Below, one piece after another: positions 11,900 through 23,800 of a stretch of 41,813 bases of DNA. The translations under genes and the position numbers were made by a program. Under the pieces are notes generated by a model. It was not told the DNA's origin. It saw only the letters and a program-made list of their open reading frames with translations, and made no database searches. How positions within the stretch are numbered: the stretch's first letter is position 1; each line of letters opens with the position of its first letter. The stretch comes from Rhizaria sp. SCN 62-66. Its lineage: Eukaryota. Location of the stretch: assembly GCA_001724265.1 (NCBI GenBank), contig MEDY01000006.1, forward strand, positions 124,001 to 165,813, in the 5' to 3' direction.

Positions 11900-14800
11900 A
11901 TGACGACCCGCATCCCCACGGGCGGCGCTGGCGCCCGCAGTGTGCTCAAGCTGCGTCCCAACGCCGGTGCCACACCCTCCTCCACCAACGCTAACAGTAG
12001 TAACGCCTCCTCCTCGGCCGCATCGTCCTCTGCCGCCTCAGCGTCGACCACAAACACCGTCGCACACCACGGCATGGCCGACAACCCATACCAACGCCAC
12101 GCGCCCGTTGTCTCGGGCCCCAGCGCTGCGGCGGGCGCGCACGGCAACCAGGGCGGCGTGAATGGAGGCGCTTCGGGGGGATTTGCTCGCGTCCCCACCG
12201 CCTCGGCAGCCCCGGCGCCGGGCACCGTGCTCCCGGCTATCGGCAAGCGCTCGCAGTCGCCCCTCGCGTCCGGACACCACACCAACTCCGCGGGACTGCT
12301 GCACGCGCCCCCCAGCGCACTCAACACCTCGTCCTCGAGCCAGGGCCTGTCAGTGTCAGGCCCCGCCGCCCCTGTCACTCCGCTCGGCCGGCAAAACCCC
12401 GTTCTGACGCCTTCGTCGCCTTCATCTGCCATGTCTGCCTCTGCGTCTTTTTCCAGCCGCCCCTCCTTCTCCGGAATGCCCGGTGCAGGCTTTAACAGTA
12501 CGTTCACTGCTCATACTGCAGCCACAAGTCGATGGTGGAAAGAAATCTGCCCTGCTTCGGCATATTTTCGCCCATCCTCGTCTTGAGCACTCGATTTGAC
12601 TTGCATACTCTCAACAAAGCAACAGCAAATGTCGAAATGACATGATTTATACATGCTTTAACCAGTTCGCAATTGTTCTATCTTCAAACTCTTGCCCTAC
12701 ACTCATATATCTTCTTTGTCGCGCTTTACTTGTTTTTCTCTCTACTATCTGTTCTTAGGCAGCAACAGCTCCCTGACCACGACGCCGCGCGGCGCGCCGC
12801 TAGGCTCTGCCACGTCCACGGGCATCGGATCTGACTTCGTGCTCGCCTCTTCCCCGGCGGCCGTGGCGCCCAGCCCCGCGGAGCTAGCCTCCGCGCAGTC
12901 CCTCACCGGGGACGGCGAGGACCGCCGCTCGCAGGCGCTCAGCGCGCAGATCGTGCGCGTGGTGCAGGTCGCCGCGGCGCAGACGTCGACGCTGCGCATG
13001 GCGTCGGTGCTTGCGTACCACATCTCCACGCTGGTCGCCGCCGACTGCGTGCGCGTCGTCTCGGTCCGCCCCGGTGAGGGACTGGTCCGCATCAGCTCCG
13101 CGTCGCAGGCCAAGCCGTCCGACTCGGTCGGCTTCGTCGGACTCATGGGCCACGCGGCGCAGTCGCGCGAAGTCGTCAATCTGCACAACCCAGCGCAGGA
13201 CCCGCGCTTTCAGCCTACGGATAATTACCCGCAAAACTGCGTCATCGACGGCGGCTACCTCGCGCGCTGCGCCGGCACGGGCCCCTGCATCCGTGAGATG
13301 TCCGCCTCGTCCTTCGTCCAGCCCAACTACGCAGACCCCATGGCCATGCCCGCCGCCTCGGTATCCCCCGCGGCCGCCGCCGCCGTCGCCACGCTCTCGT
13401 TGCCGCCGGTCGAGGCGCTGCTGGCTGTGCCAGTCGAGTGCGACGCGACGCCGGACTGCCGCGGGAAGCGCGACGTGGTCGCCGTCATCCTCTGCATCCG
13501 CCGCCCCCACGACGGCATCCACATCGGTTCCGGCCCGGAGCCCTCTGTCTTTTCGCACCGCGACTGCCGCACCGTCTGGCGCATCGCGCAGCTCGTCGGC
13601 AACACGTTCCGCTCGATGGCCGCGCTCGACCGCGCGCAGGCACTCTACAAGGACTCGATGGCCTGGCACTCTCGGTTCGCGTCCGTGCTTAAGGTCGCCA
13701 ACACGCTGCTGTCGCAGACGGAGCTGGAGAGCGTCGTCACCAACATCGTGTCGCAGGTGCCGGACCTGCTCGACGCGGACCGGTGCACGCTCTACTTCAC
13801 GGACCGGACGAAGGAAGAGCTCATCGTCACCAAGGGCGCGTCGCACGGCCGTCCTAAGTCGCTTGTGAGCTGGGTCTTCGGCCAGTCCAACGCACCTGAG
13901 CTGCCGTTCCCCGAGGGCAAGAACGAGATCCGCTTCAGCATGTCTAAGGGCCTGGCGGGACACGTCGCGCGCACGGGCGAGACGCTTAACATCGTCGAGG
14001 CGCACTCGGACCCGCGCTTCAACGCGCAGATCGACAAGGAGACTGGCTACAAGACGCGCAACATGCTCTGCGTGCCGATGTGCGACGACAACAAGAACGT
14101 CATCGGCGTGCTGCAGGCGATCAATAAGAACCCGAGTGCGCCGTGCTTCGATTCCGAGGACGAGGCGCTGCTGCACACGTTCGCGGCCCAGGCCGTGCTC
14201 GCCGTGCACAACTCGATGCTGTTCGGTGCCACGAAGCGCGCGCGGCAGCAGTCGGACGCCCTGCTCGAGGTCACCAAGGCGCTTTCTTCCGAGCTCAACA
14301 TCGAGGCGTTGCTGCGCATCATCGTCACTAAGGTGCAGAAGCTGCTGTCGTCGGACCGCTGCACCGTGTTCATCGTCGACAAGGACAACAATGAGCTCTA
14401 CACCAACGAAGACATGAGTTATGGCATGGGTCCCGCGCTGCCCATCAACCACGAACGCTCCACTCTGATCCGCTTCCCCCTCGACCGAGGCATCGCCGGC
14501 TCCGTCGCGACCACGCTCACCACGGTTAACATCCCGGACGCGTACAAGGACCCGCGGTTCAACCAGCAGATGGACAAGGCCACGGGCTTCCGCACGCGGT
14601 CGATTCTGTGCATGGCGATCCGCGTACCGCGCAAACCCGAGTCGATCGGCGTGATCCAGTGCATGAACAAGTGCACCGCCACCGGCGAGTGGGTGCCGTT
14701 TGACCAAAGCGACGAGAAGCTGCTCCAGGCCTTCTGCACGCAGGCCGCAGTGGCGATTGAGAACTCGCGGCTGTTCACGCAGACTGAGAAGGCGCTCAAC

Positions 14801-16462
14801 CACGCGCTGCTCGAGAAGCGCAACAACAAGTTCTATATGTCCGTCACCAAGAATCTTGTTGCCAGCACGCAGCTCAACGCGCTGATCGAGCAGCTGAACA
14901 TGCAGGTCCGCATGCTGCTCAAGGCCGACGACTGCGCGCTTTATCTTACCTGCCCCGCGACGCGGGAGTTCTACCTCGCCAAGGAAGAGGTCGACCCCCA
15001 CCACCGTCGCTTCCCATACGGCATGGGCGTCGCGGGCTCTGTCGCACTCAGCGGACAGACCATCTCGATCTCCACTGACGCGTTCAACGACAACCGGTTT
15101 CACCCGGACGTTGACCAGCGCAAGGGCAAGGTGACGCACTCGATCCTATGCAGCGCCATCAAGGCCGACAACCCCGACGGCACGCTCGCGATCGTCGGCG
15201 TCATCTCGGTGCGCGACGAGAAGGACCGCGGCGGGTTCGAGTCGCAGGAAGAGCGTCTGCTCAAGGTCTTCTGCTCGCTGGCCGCCGTGTCAGTGCTGAA
15301 CCGCAACAAGCTGATGCAGCTCATGGACGGCCAAGACAGCAAGGACCACGACCGCACCGCCGCCGACTATCTCCAGCGCGAGCGCGGCATGAAGATCGCG
15401 TCGGACGACATCACCACGTTTTCGTACAATATGGAGGATATTGAGCTGCTCAACACCATCGGCTCCGGCTCCTATGGTGAGGTGTACAAGGCCAATGTGC
15501 GCAACAAGGTCGTCGCCGTCAAGAAGCTCCACGTCAAGAGCATCAAGGCCGAGCAGGTCGAAGCCTTCTGCCAGGTACGCATATCTTATTATCTTCCGCT
15601 ATCACGAATGACGCATTTCTATTTTGTTACATTGACTCATAGTATGTCTGTTTTTACTTAATATTCATTCAATACTACCATCATGTTCTTTTTATTATTT
15701 TGCGCTCTTTAGGAGGCGTCGCTGATGTGCCAGCTGCAACACCCCAACATCGTCGGCTTCGTCGGCGCCGTTACTGACCCTGCTTCTTTGTGTATCATCA
15801 CCGAGTACTGCCACCGCGGCTCCCTCGCTGACCTGCTGCTCAACCACGCGGTGCCGATGACTTTCCAGCAGAAGATCCAGTTCGCGCTTGACGCCGCACA
15901 GGGCATGAGTTACCTGCACTCGTCGAACCCGGTGATCTTGCACCGTGACCTCAAGAGCGACAACCTGCTCGTGGCCGAGGACTGGCATATCAAGGTCGGC
16001 GACTTCGGTCTCACGCGTTTCATGTCCGCTAAGAAGGCCATGACGCAGGTCGGTACGCCCATGTGGATGGCACCCGAGATCATCATGGGCAAGAAGTACA
16101 CCGAAAAGGCAGATGTATACGCGTTTGGCATCATCCTCTGGGAGCTGCTCACGCGTCTCGAGCCCTACGAGGACAAGGAGCCGATGCAGATCGTCGTCCA
16201 GGTCGTCAACGAGGGTCTGCGCCCGCTGATGACGCGCGAGTTCGACCAGTCCCCGCTCTCGCCGCTCATCCGCGACTGCTGGTCCGCCAACCCCGACGAG
16301 CGGCCCTCGTTCGACATCATCGCCGAGCGGCTGCAGGGGCTGCTCAACAAGGTCAAGAACGCGTTCTTGAACGATTTGGGTAACCCGCTGCCGGCGGGCG
16401 CGCCCGCGACAGCGACGTCTACTGTCACAGCCGCCCAGATTGTTGCTGCGCTAGCGCGCTAA
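11900..16462 (+). CDS. Protein kinase with four tandem GAF domains and a C-terminal TKL (Raf-like) kinase domain, ~1387 aa
   Basis: Exons 11900-12497, 12759-15574, 15713-16462 (4164 nt, TAA). GAF signatures ADCVRVV, DADRCTLYF, SSDRCTVFIVD, ADDCALYL, each followed by G.aG.vA and DPRF/DNRF; NK..F..DE motifs in GAF2 and GAF3. Kinase motifs GSGSYG, VAVKKL, HRDLKSDN, DFG, GTPMWMAPE, DVYAFG are intact. Confidence 0.9.
12498..12758 (+). other. Spliceosomal intron 1 of the GAF-kinase gene (261 nt)
   Basis: GTACGT...TCTTAG with a pyrimidine tract; phase-1 join FNS|SNSS. Confidence 0.8.
15575..15712 (+). other. Spliceosomal intron 2 of the GAF-kinase gene (138 nt)
   Basis: GTACGC...CTTTAG; join AFCQ|EASLM restores the helix-C Glu. 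Confidence 0.92.
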
Positions 16463-17501
16463 GCAATAGCAGAAGCAGAACAACGACCGCAACAACAACA
16501 CCTCGCAGGGGTCGAAATCGGCTGTGCTTAATTCACTGTAAATCTAAAGTGAAGCTGTGTCTTAACTTGTTGATGAGTTGAAGCAACAACGCGAAGGTTT
16601 CACGAAAGCTCGTGATTGTCGTTGATATTCTGACTTACTGACGATTTGACTTCCATTATATAGCCGCGCGAAGCGGGTGGACTTGTATAAGTTAAGCCAC
16701 ATGACATCGTTGTTGTGTGTGCATGATAGATTTGAATCTTTGTGATATACGGGTATAGCTTGCGTTTCTGACTATTGTTAAGTGGGTTAGTTTCATTGAG
16801 ACCGACCACGAACAACTCAACCTTCCAAACAAAAGCAGCGACACCCCCGAACCACACCAAAAGCAACAGTTATGAGTACTTGCATCGCGATTATGTTGAT
16901 AGCACTGAAGGCGTTTGTTTTAATTATGTTTTGATTACTAATCGTGCTCAACATTTTTGAACATGGTTAGTCGTGTCACATATTGATTTTGCGGAAGCGG
17001 AAAGCGCTGTTTTTTTGCAGCTGCTAGAGCTTGGTTTTCATCAATACTGTGCGACACTGCTTTTGCGACTGTTTAGTCGCGCCGTGACGCATTCTTCTTT
17101 TAACTTGTAACTGCTGTGTTGTATCTAGTTGCGGCGCGTCTCTTGTTTGCCGATGTGTTTGTAAGTGTTACTTATTATGAGTCAGCCTCTGCTGCATTGT
17201 ATAAGTTTGCTCTCATTTTTTTATTTTTCGCGTATTTCGCGGTGTTTATTTGCATGTATTCTGTTCCTTTTGATTGTGTTTTGTTCTGTCTTCCGTCCTG
17301 TATTCTTGATTACGTATTATGCCTTTCTAATACTAACTCCCATCGTCACCGTCATCGTTGATGCTGTATGTTTTAGATTGTACCCATTGTCACTGCCGCT
17401 GTCTTGTGCGCATGTGACTCTCTCGTTTTGTCTGTTTGTCCTCTGCCTCTTTTTTTACACTCACCGTCACTGCTGATGTTGCTCTCGGTGCTGCTGTCAC
17501 C

Positions 17502-17549
17502 GTCAGTCAGTCAGTCAGTCAGTCAGACAGTCAGTCAGTCAGTCAGTCA
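17502..17549 (+). repeat. (GTCA)n tetranucleotide microsatellite with one interruption
   Basis: About 12 GTCA units with one GACA variant, read directly. Confidence 0.9.
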
Positions 17550-18407
17550 CAGACACAGTCACGATCGCCTTCGCACGCTCTCCTGATCATGATATCAATC
17601 TTTCACCTCTAAACTGTAGCGTCGCTGCTGTTGTTGCAGCTTCTATGGAGTAGGAGTTACAGCGCGCACATGCAGCGCAGCTTTCAAGATTTGAGCAAAT
17701 ATAACTGTAGTCCGCGTCGTCCGGCGTCGATTGCGTTGTTTCTTTTTTCTTGGCTGACTCCTTGCTGCAAGTTGTGCTGACTGATCGAAGTTCTTTCATT
17801 TGAGACGATGTCAATTTGTACACGTGTGTTAAGGGGTCTGTACGATTGTGTTTTGATGTTTGACTTCCTTTTGTCATTCGCCAGTTATCTTAGCTAATTT
17901 CTCCAGTTCTTTGTGTATGCCCAATGTTTCTATACGGTCATGTGTTTCATTGACATGTGTTTATTTCTATCAGCGTTCACCTAAAACGTGTTATTACACT
18001 ACCACTCCGACATCACACCTCAATACCAAAATCGCGACCAAACCATCATGAACAAATGCAGCTGAACCAAACGTTAAACAACAACAATTTCAACCTGTTC
18101 TAGTTGTCGTAGAACCTTTGTCCTGTGCTCGTATTTAAGTACTTGTGCTTTTGTATAAGACTACCAACTATTATTTTGTCTGTTCATGATGTACCTGTGT
18201 CTTGTATAAGTGTGCGTAAGTCCGTGCGTACGTATGTTCAAACAATCCGATGTAAGGATGTGCACTTACCCAATAACCTATCACTGTTGTATTGGTATCT
18301 ACTTAGATCTATTATGTAATAAATAGGTGTATATTTTGTTTTATCCATCAATATGCTCAAACATTTTCGCGATTCGTAATCATTGGTCATATTTGTATTC
18401 ATTTCTG

Positions 18408-18445
18408 GCCCGATATCAGCTTGATAGCCCGATATCAGCTTGATA
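18408..18445. repeat. Perfect 19-bp tandem duplication GCCCGATATCAGCTTGATA x2
   Basis: Copies at 18408-18426 and 18427-18445, just downstream of the UBX gene stop. Confidence 0.9.
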
Positions 18446-18501
18446 GATCGTTGTTGAGACCATCTAGTTTGTACACTTTACACGTCACTCACTAGCGGGA
18501 T

Positions 18502-20244
18502 TCAGCCAGTCTTGACCCCCGGCTTGACGACCTCGTCCCAGCCGACCGCACCGACGGGGCTCTGCAGCCAGCACAGCTGCACGCGCGCCATCTTGGCGAA
18601 CTTAGCCTCGCGGAACGACTGCGAGCCCATCGCGAACCGGTGGAAAGGGGGCGTCTTAAACAAGTAGAAGGGGTATTCGCGCAGCAGCTTGCTGTTGCGG
18701 GTCAGGTCCATGCCGGCGGAGCCGCGGGAGCTGACGAGAGTCGGGCCATCCTCCTCCTCGTCTTCTTCCTCATCGTTGTCATTGTCGTCATCGCCAGTCA
18801 CCTCGGTGATGACAACACCGCCGGCGTTGCTGCTGCTGTTCGCCTTAGCCGCCGCCTTGCGCTGCTTCCGCGCCGCAGCCGCGGCCGCCGCAGCCGCCGC
18901 CGCGGCGGCCGTGGCCGCGGCCGAGAGTCCGGCGTCGGTCGAGTCAGCCTCCGTCACGGCCACGGGCTCGAACTTGGCCACGGCGCTGAACTGCGCCTTG
19001 ATGTGCGCGTACAGCCGCTCCACGGGCTCCGAGGCGCGGAACACGGCCTCGATGGTGAGGCCGCCATCGCTCCAGTCCGCGGCCGCGCCGGTCGAGTCCG
19101 TCTCAGCGCCCGCGGCCGCGGCCGTGGCGGTCGGCGGGGGCGCCGGGGCGACAACGCGGACCGTGATGAGCTCGTCGTCGTCAAGTCCGCTGGGGCGGGA
19201 CGGGCGCGCCTTGATCGAGGCCTCCAGGAGGCGGCTGTCGGCCTCGGTGACCTCGTAGAAGCTGTCGCTGTCATCATCGTCGTCGTCGGCGGCGGCGTTG
19301 TTGTTGTCGTTCGCCTTGACGCTCTTCGCTGCGTTGAGACTAGGGGCCGCAGCAGCAGCAGCGGAAGCGGGAGCAGCAGCCTGAGTGGGAGCAGTGTTGG
19401 TAGTGTTGCTGTCAATACTTGCGCCTGCGTTCTCAGCCGGAGCAGTGCTTTGAGCAGCGGAGACGTGAGGATTGGGCTTGTTACTTATCCATGTCACCTT
19501 ACTGGCCCTGTTGGTGGGAATCTCGGGCCTGCGACGGCGCGATGCGGTCACACTGATGCTCGCCTTATTGCCACCAGGCTGTCCCTGCTGTTGCTGCTGC
19601 TGTTGCTGCATAGCGGAGGGGAAGAGAGTGTTCTTAGCCAGGCCGCCGCCCATGAGCTTGGCATGGAGGTTCGCCACAGCCTGGCGCTGCTCCTCGGCGC
19701 TCAGCACGGGGCGCTTGTACACGTGCGAGAGCTCCAGGTGGACGAGGGCGGGCTCGTTGTCGCCGTCAGTCATCGCTGACGCGCCAGCAGCAGTCTCGGT
19801 CCCAGACGCAGCTGCAGCGGAGCTTGCAGTGGCGTGGGAAGGGAAGAACGAAGCAAGAGTGGCGGACTTGAACTCGTTCAAGGCCGCGGACGTCGCAGTG
19901 ACAACAGCGGCGCCGTCCGCGATCTCAGTGGTCTTGGAACTCGCGCCAGTCGGTGCAGCCTTGTCAGTCTTGACGAACACGCAGAGGGAAGGCAGCATGT
20001 CGCCGATCATGTTCGTGTGCATCTCGATCGCGGCCTTCTTGCCGTCACCGCCGCCGCCGATGTACTCGGGCGGGGGCACGCCGCGGTAGGCCGTGAAGTG
20101 GCGCCGTGCGTCGCGCGGGCGGGTGGACTCGAGTCGCTCAAAGTGGGAGATAATCTCGAACAGCGTCGCGTTCGAGGGGAAAACGCCCGAGACGACAGAG
20201 CGGTCAGGCAGCGACACGTGCAGACGTAGTGTCGGAATAGACAT
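18502..20244 (-). CDS. ASPSCR1: TUG/ASPSCR1 (PUX1/Ubx4)-like UBX-domain p97/Cdc48 cofactor, ~580 aa, intronless
   Basis: ATG 20244 to TGA 18502. Ubiquitin-like N-terminus LRLHVSLPDRSVVSGVFPSNATLFEIISHF; family motif DSFYEVTEAD; split UBX domain TIEAVFRASEPVERLYAHI ... FYLFKTPP. Confidence 0.75.
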   Translation of the reverse strand: MSIPTLRLHVSLPDRSVVSGVFPSNATLFEIISHFERLESTRPRDARRHFTAYRGVPPPEYIGGGGDGKKAAIEMHTNMIGDMLPSLCVFVKTDKAAPTGASSKTTEIADGAAVVTATSAALNEFKSATLASFFPSHATASSAAAASGTETAAGASAMTDGDNEPALVHLELSHVYKRPVLSAEEQRQAVANLHAKLMGGGLAKNTLFPSAMQQQQQQQQGQPGGNKASISVTASRRRRPEIPTNRASKVTWISNKPNPHVSAAQSTAPAENAGASIDSNTTNTAPTQAAAPASAAAAAAPSLNAAKSVKANDNNNAAADDDDDDSDSFYEVTEADSRLLEASIKARPSRPSGLDDDELITVRVVAPAPPPTATAAAAGAETDSTGAAADWSDGGLTIEAVFRASEPVERLYAHIKAQFSAVAKFEPVAVTEADSTDAGLSAAATAAAAAAAAAAAAARKQRKAAAKANSSSNAGGVVITEVTGDDDNDNDEEEDEEEDGPTLVSSRGSAGMDLTRNSKLLREYPFYLFKTPPFHRFAMGSQSFREAKFAKMARVQLCWLQSPVGAVGWDEVVKPGVKTG

Positions 20245-20825
20245 GAGTCTGCCAGGAGAGTGGGGATCGTATAGGTTAAGGTACGAGGTAGGAGAGGGCG
20301 TGGAAAGAGTGAGATAAGGGATCAACGAAAGCGTTTGTGGTCAGGTAGCAATGGATGCACATATACCACACAGCGATGTCCTAGAGACGTATTGTTTTAA
20401 ACACAAAGAAAATAATTCTTAAACATATCGGGCAAAGTTGCTTCAAGCTATTCTTATGATCAGATGTTGCACATTACATCCTGTCCAACTTGATGCATCA
20501 TCACTGCAGTGCGATCTCCATTTTTTTCGGAACCCGGTCGAGGGCAACCACTGCGCGAAGGCCACATTTGCCGTCCGCATAGACTGTTGTGAGCCTTGAA
20601 CAAAACGTCGCTAAAGACGCCATATCACTATAATTTTTAAGCATATCTTGTCCGTTTAATTCCGATTTTACACTCACTCGCAACTTGATCTGTGTCGTTT
20701 CCCGCCCGCTTTCCTTAGCAGTCGCTTTTTCCTTTTACACTACCAACACCTACATCCCTTTCGGCCTCCGTCCCGCGCTTCCCAGCTCCGTTCGCTCCCC
20801 CAGCGCGCCGCCGCCGCCGCCGACA
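20245..20825. promoter_or_regulatory. Divergent intergenic region between the UBX and DHX37 genes
   Basis: 581 bp between opposite ATGs; pyrimidine-rich leaders on both coding strands. Confidence 0.5.
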
Positions 20826-23800
20826 ATGTCCTCGCGCAAGCACGCCGCCGGCAGCGATGGCGACACTACAGAGATTCTCTACGACGAGTCCCGTAACAAG
20901 TCCGCGGTGGACGCCAACGGAGATGTGCTCGTGATGAAGCCCAAGGACAAGAACGCGCCCAAAAAGGTCAAGGAAGTCAAGGGCCCCGTCGCGGCCCCGG
21001 TCTCCAAGACGGTGCTGAAGAAGCTGGCGCGTCTGGAGCGCGAGCACGCGCTGAAGAAGGAGCGCGCCATCTCGCTCAAAGTGGTCAACGAAAACGCCAT
21101 CGACGAAAAGCACCGGCTCTTCATGTCCAAGTCGGGCTCGCTCGGCAAGGCGCTGACAATGAAGGAGAAGCTCACGATCGCGTATCAGGCGCAGAAGCTG
21201 GGCGTGACCGACGCGGACTTGCCGCTGCTGACCCAGGACGCGCTCGACCGCCTACAGACGGGCAACGAGGACGAGGACCTCACCGCGCTCGCTGTCGCCC
21301 GAGCTGAGGCCGCCGGCACGCTTAAGAGCTCCTCGCTCTCGGGCACCACCAACGCGTTCCAGTCGCGCTCCAAGATTTCCCACTCAGCATCTGCGCCCCG
21401 CACCACGATCTCCGGTCTGACCTCCACTGCGGCGACGGCGGCGCTGCTTGCGACTCTGAGCAACGAGGCGTCCCGCGCCGCCACGGCCGCCGCGAGCGCG
21501 AGCGGGAAGAAGGGCGGCAAGGTCGACTACGTCAAGATGGCCGAGGCGATGGTGCCCAACGCGATGGACGTGACGCAGGTACGCAAGGACAAGAAGAAGG
21601 CGCGCCACGCCGAAAAGAAGGCGCTCATCAAGGCCGCGCTCGACGCCACCTCGTCCGACGACGACGGCAACGGCGACAAGGACGGCGACGACAGCGACAA
21701 CGCCGGTGGCGACGAGGGCAAGGAGGCCGTTGTGGCCGTGCCCGCCGCGCTGGCCGGTCTGGTCGGCGCCATGGGCCTCCAGTCGGCGCGCACTACTGTG
21801 GCCCACATCAAGACCAAGGCCACCGGCAAGGGCGCCGACTACGCGCAGTCGGCGGCCGACGCCGCGGCCAAGCCTGCCGCGGCGGGGCGCGGCGCGGGCG
21901 GCAGCAGCAGCGTGCTGAGCAAGGCCAAGTTGGGCCACTCGCAGGCCGCCGTCGCCGCCGCGCAGGCCATCGCGATGGGGCTGGTGAGCAAGAAGAACAG
22001 CTCCAACACGCTCAAGGGCATCTTCGACGCCGCGTCCTTCACGTCCTCCGAGGACGAAGCCAACGGCGCCGAGGCCGCGAGCGATGATGACACCGAGAGC
22101 GGTGAGAGCGATCTTAGCGATTCCGGCTTCCGCCCCAGCGCCAAGCGCGCCCGCGCCGCCTCCGCCCACCCTAACGGCTCCGACTCTGACGATGACTCTG
22201 ACGCTGAGTCGGGGACCGGTTCCGGCAAGCAGAAGTTCGACTCGCTGACCGGCGTTGCGCTGGCCAAGAAGGACATCCGCGAGTTGGCCAACGTGCGCAT
22301 CTCGCGTCCGTTGATGACTGGCCCCACGGTGGTGCACACCGACAAGGCCGCTGTGGCCTCGCAGTCGATCCAGACGTTTGTCGCGCCCGCGGGCGGGTTC
22401 ACCTTCAACAAGGGCGGCGTCAAGCTGCTTATGAAGCCCGGCGCCGCCACCTCTGCCACCACCGCTGTGAACACGGTCACCGGCAGCGCACCCGCCGCTG
22501 CTGCCGCCGTGGCTGCCCCTGTTGTCACCCCTGCGCCTGTGGCCGTCGCCCCCGTCGCCGTCGTCGTCTCCAAGGCCGCCATCAAGGCGAAGGCCATGAA
22601 GGACGCCGACGAGGAAGAGGAGGAAGAGAACCCTTACGCGGTCAAGTTCAAGGTCAAGTCGGCGCGCGCCTCTGCCGTGCGCGCGCGCGTGGTGGCCGAG
22701 CGCGCGCTCATGTCCGACGCCGACAAGCGCAAGTATGACCATAGGCTCAAGAAACGCAAGGGTGCCGTCAGCAAGCTTGCAGGCTCTGCAGTGGGCTTCG
22801 CCGCAGGCGGCGAGTTCGACTCCGAGGATGATGACGAGGACGAGGATGACTCTGAAGCCGACGACGAGGACGACTCTGAGGCTGATGACGAGGACGAGGA
22901 TGATGACGACAAGGATGAGGACGACAGCGATGACGATGAGGACGAGCCTGCTCCTGCTCCAGTCGCCGCCACCAAGTCCAAGTCGACCGCCGCCGCCGTC
23001 GCCAAGCCCAGTGCGACTGCGGCCGCTGTCGTCCCCGCGAAGAAGCCCTCTGCGGTCGTCCCCGCCGCGGGCGGCAAGACGACGGAGCAGGTCGAGGAGG
23101 AGGAAGAGGAGGTCATCGACCGCGCCGCGGGCGTGCGCCGCGTGATCCGCACCGTCACCCGGTCCACGCGCACCGAGAGCGGCGGCATGAAGCGCACCAA
23201 GACCGTTACCACGGAAGAGTTCCCGCTTGAGGACGACGAGGGCAGCGCGAAGAAGAAGGCTAGCAAGGGTGACAAGGCCAAGGCTGAGAGCAAGGGCTCC
23301 AAGTCTTCCGCCGCTGCTGTTGCTGCTGCTGCTGCTGCTACTGCGAGTACGAAGAGTGACAAGAAGAGCAAGGTCCGCTTCGATGGGTCTAAGATGTCGT
23401 TCGAGGAGCTGATGCGGCGCGTGGCTAAAGATCTGAGCCGGCCTCTCAGCAGCGACGACGAGTCCGAGGCCGAGGGCGCGGCGCAGACCGCGGGCGTGGA
23501 CAGTGCCAGCGACGTGGACTCCGCCGAGGAGGACGAGGAGGACGCCGAGGAGGACGAGGAGGACGCCGAGGAAGACGACGACGAGGACAACGAGGATGAG
23601 GACGAGGATGAGGACGAGGATGAGGACGAGGACGAGGACGGCGTGATCGACAGCGAGGACGAGGATGCCGACGAAGCCGCCAAGGCTCGCGCCGAGGCCG
23701 AGGCCGCCGCCGCCCGCCGCGCCGCGGACGTCAAGCGCGTGTCAATGGCGGCGGCCAGCGCCGCTGACGCTGCGGCCCCGTTGAAGCAGAACCCGTTCCA

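Noticed and set aside
20501-20683. 60-aa minus ORF as a missing first exon (UBL1) of the TUG-like gene
   Set aside because: No GTACG donor on that strand, non-ATG start and no clear ubiquitin-like pattern.
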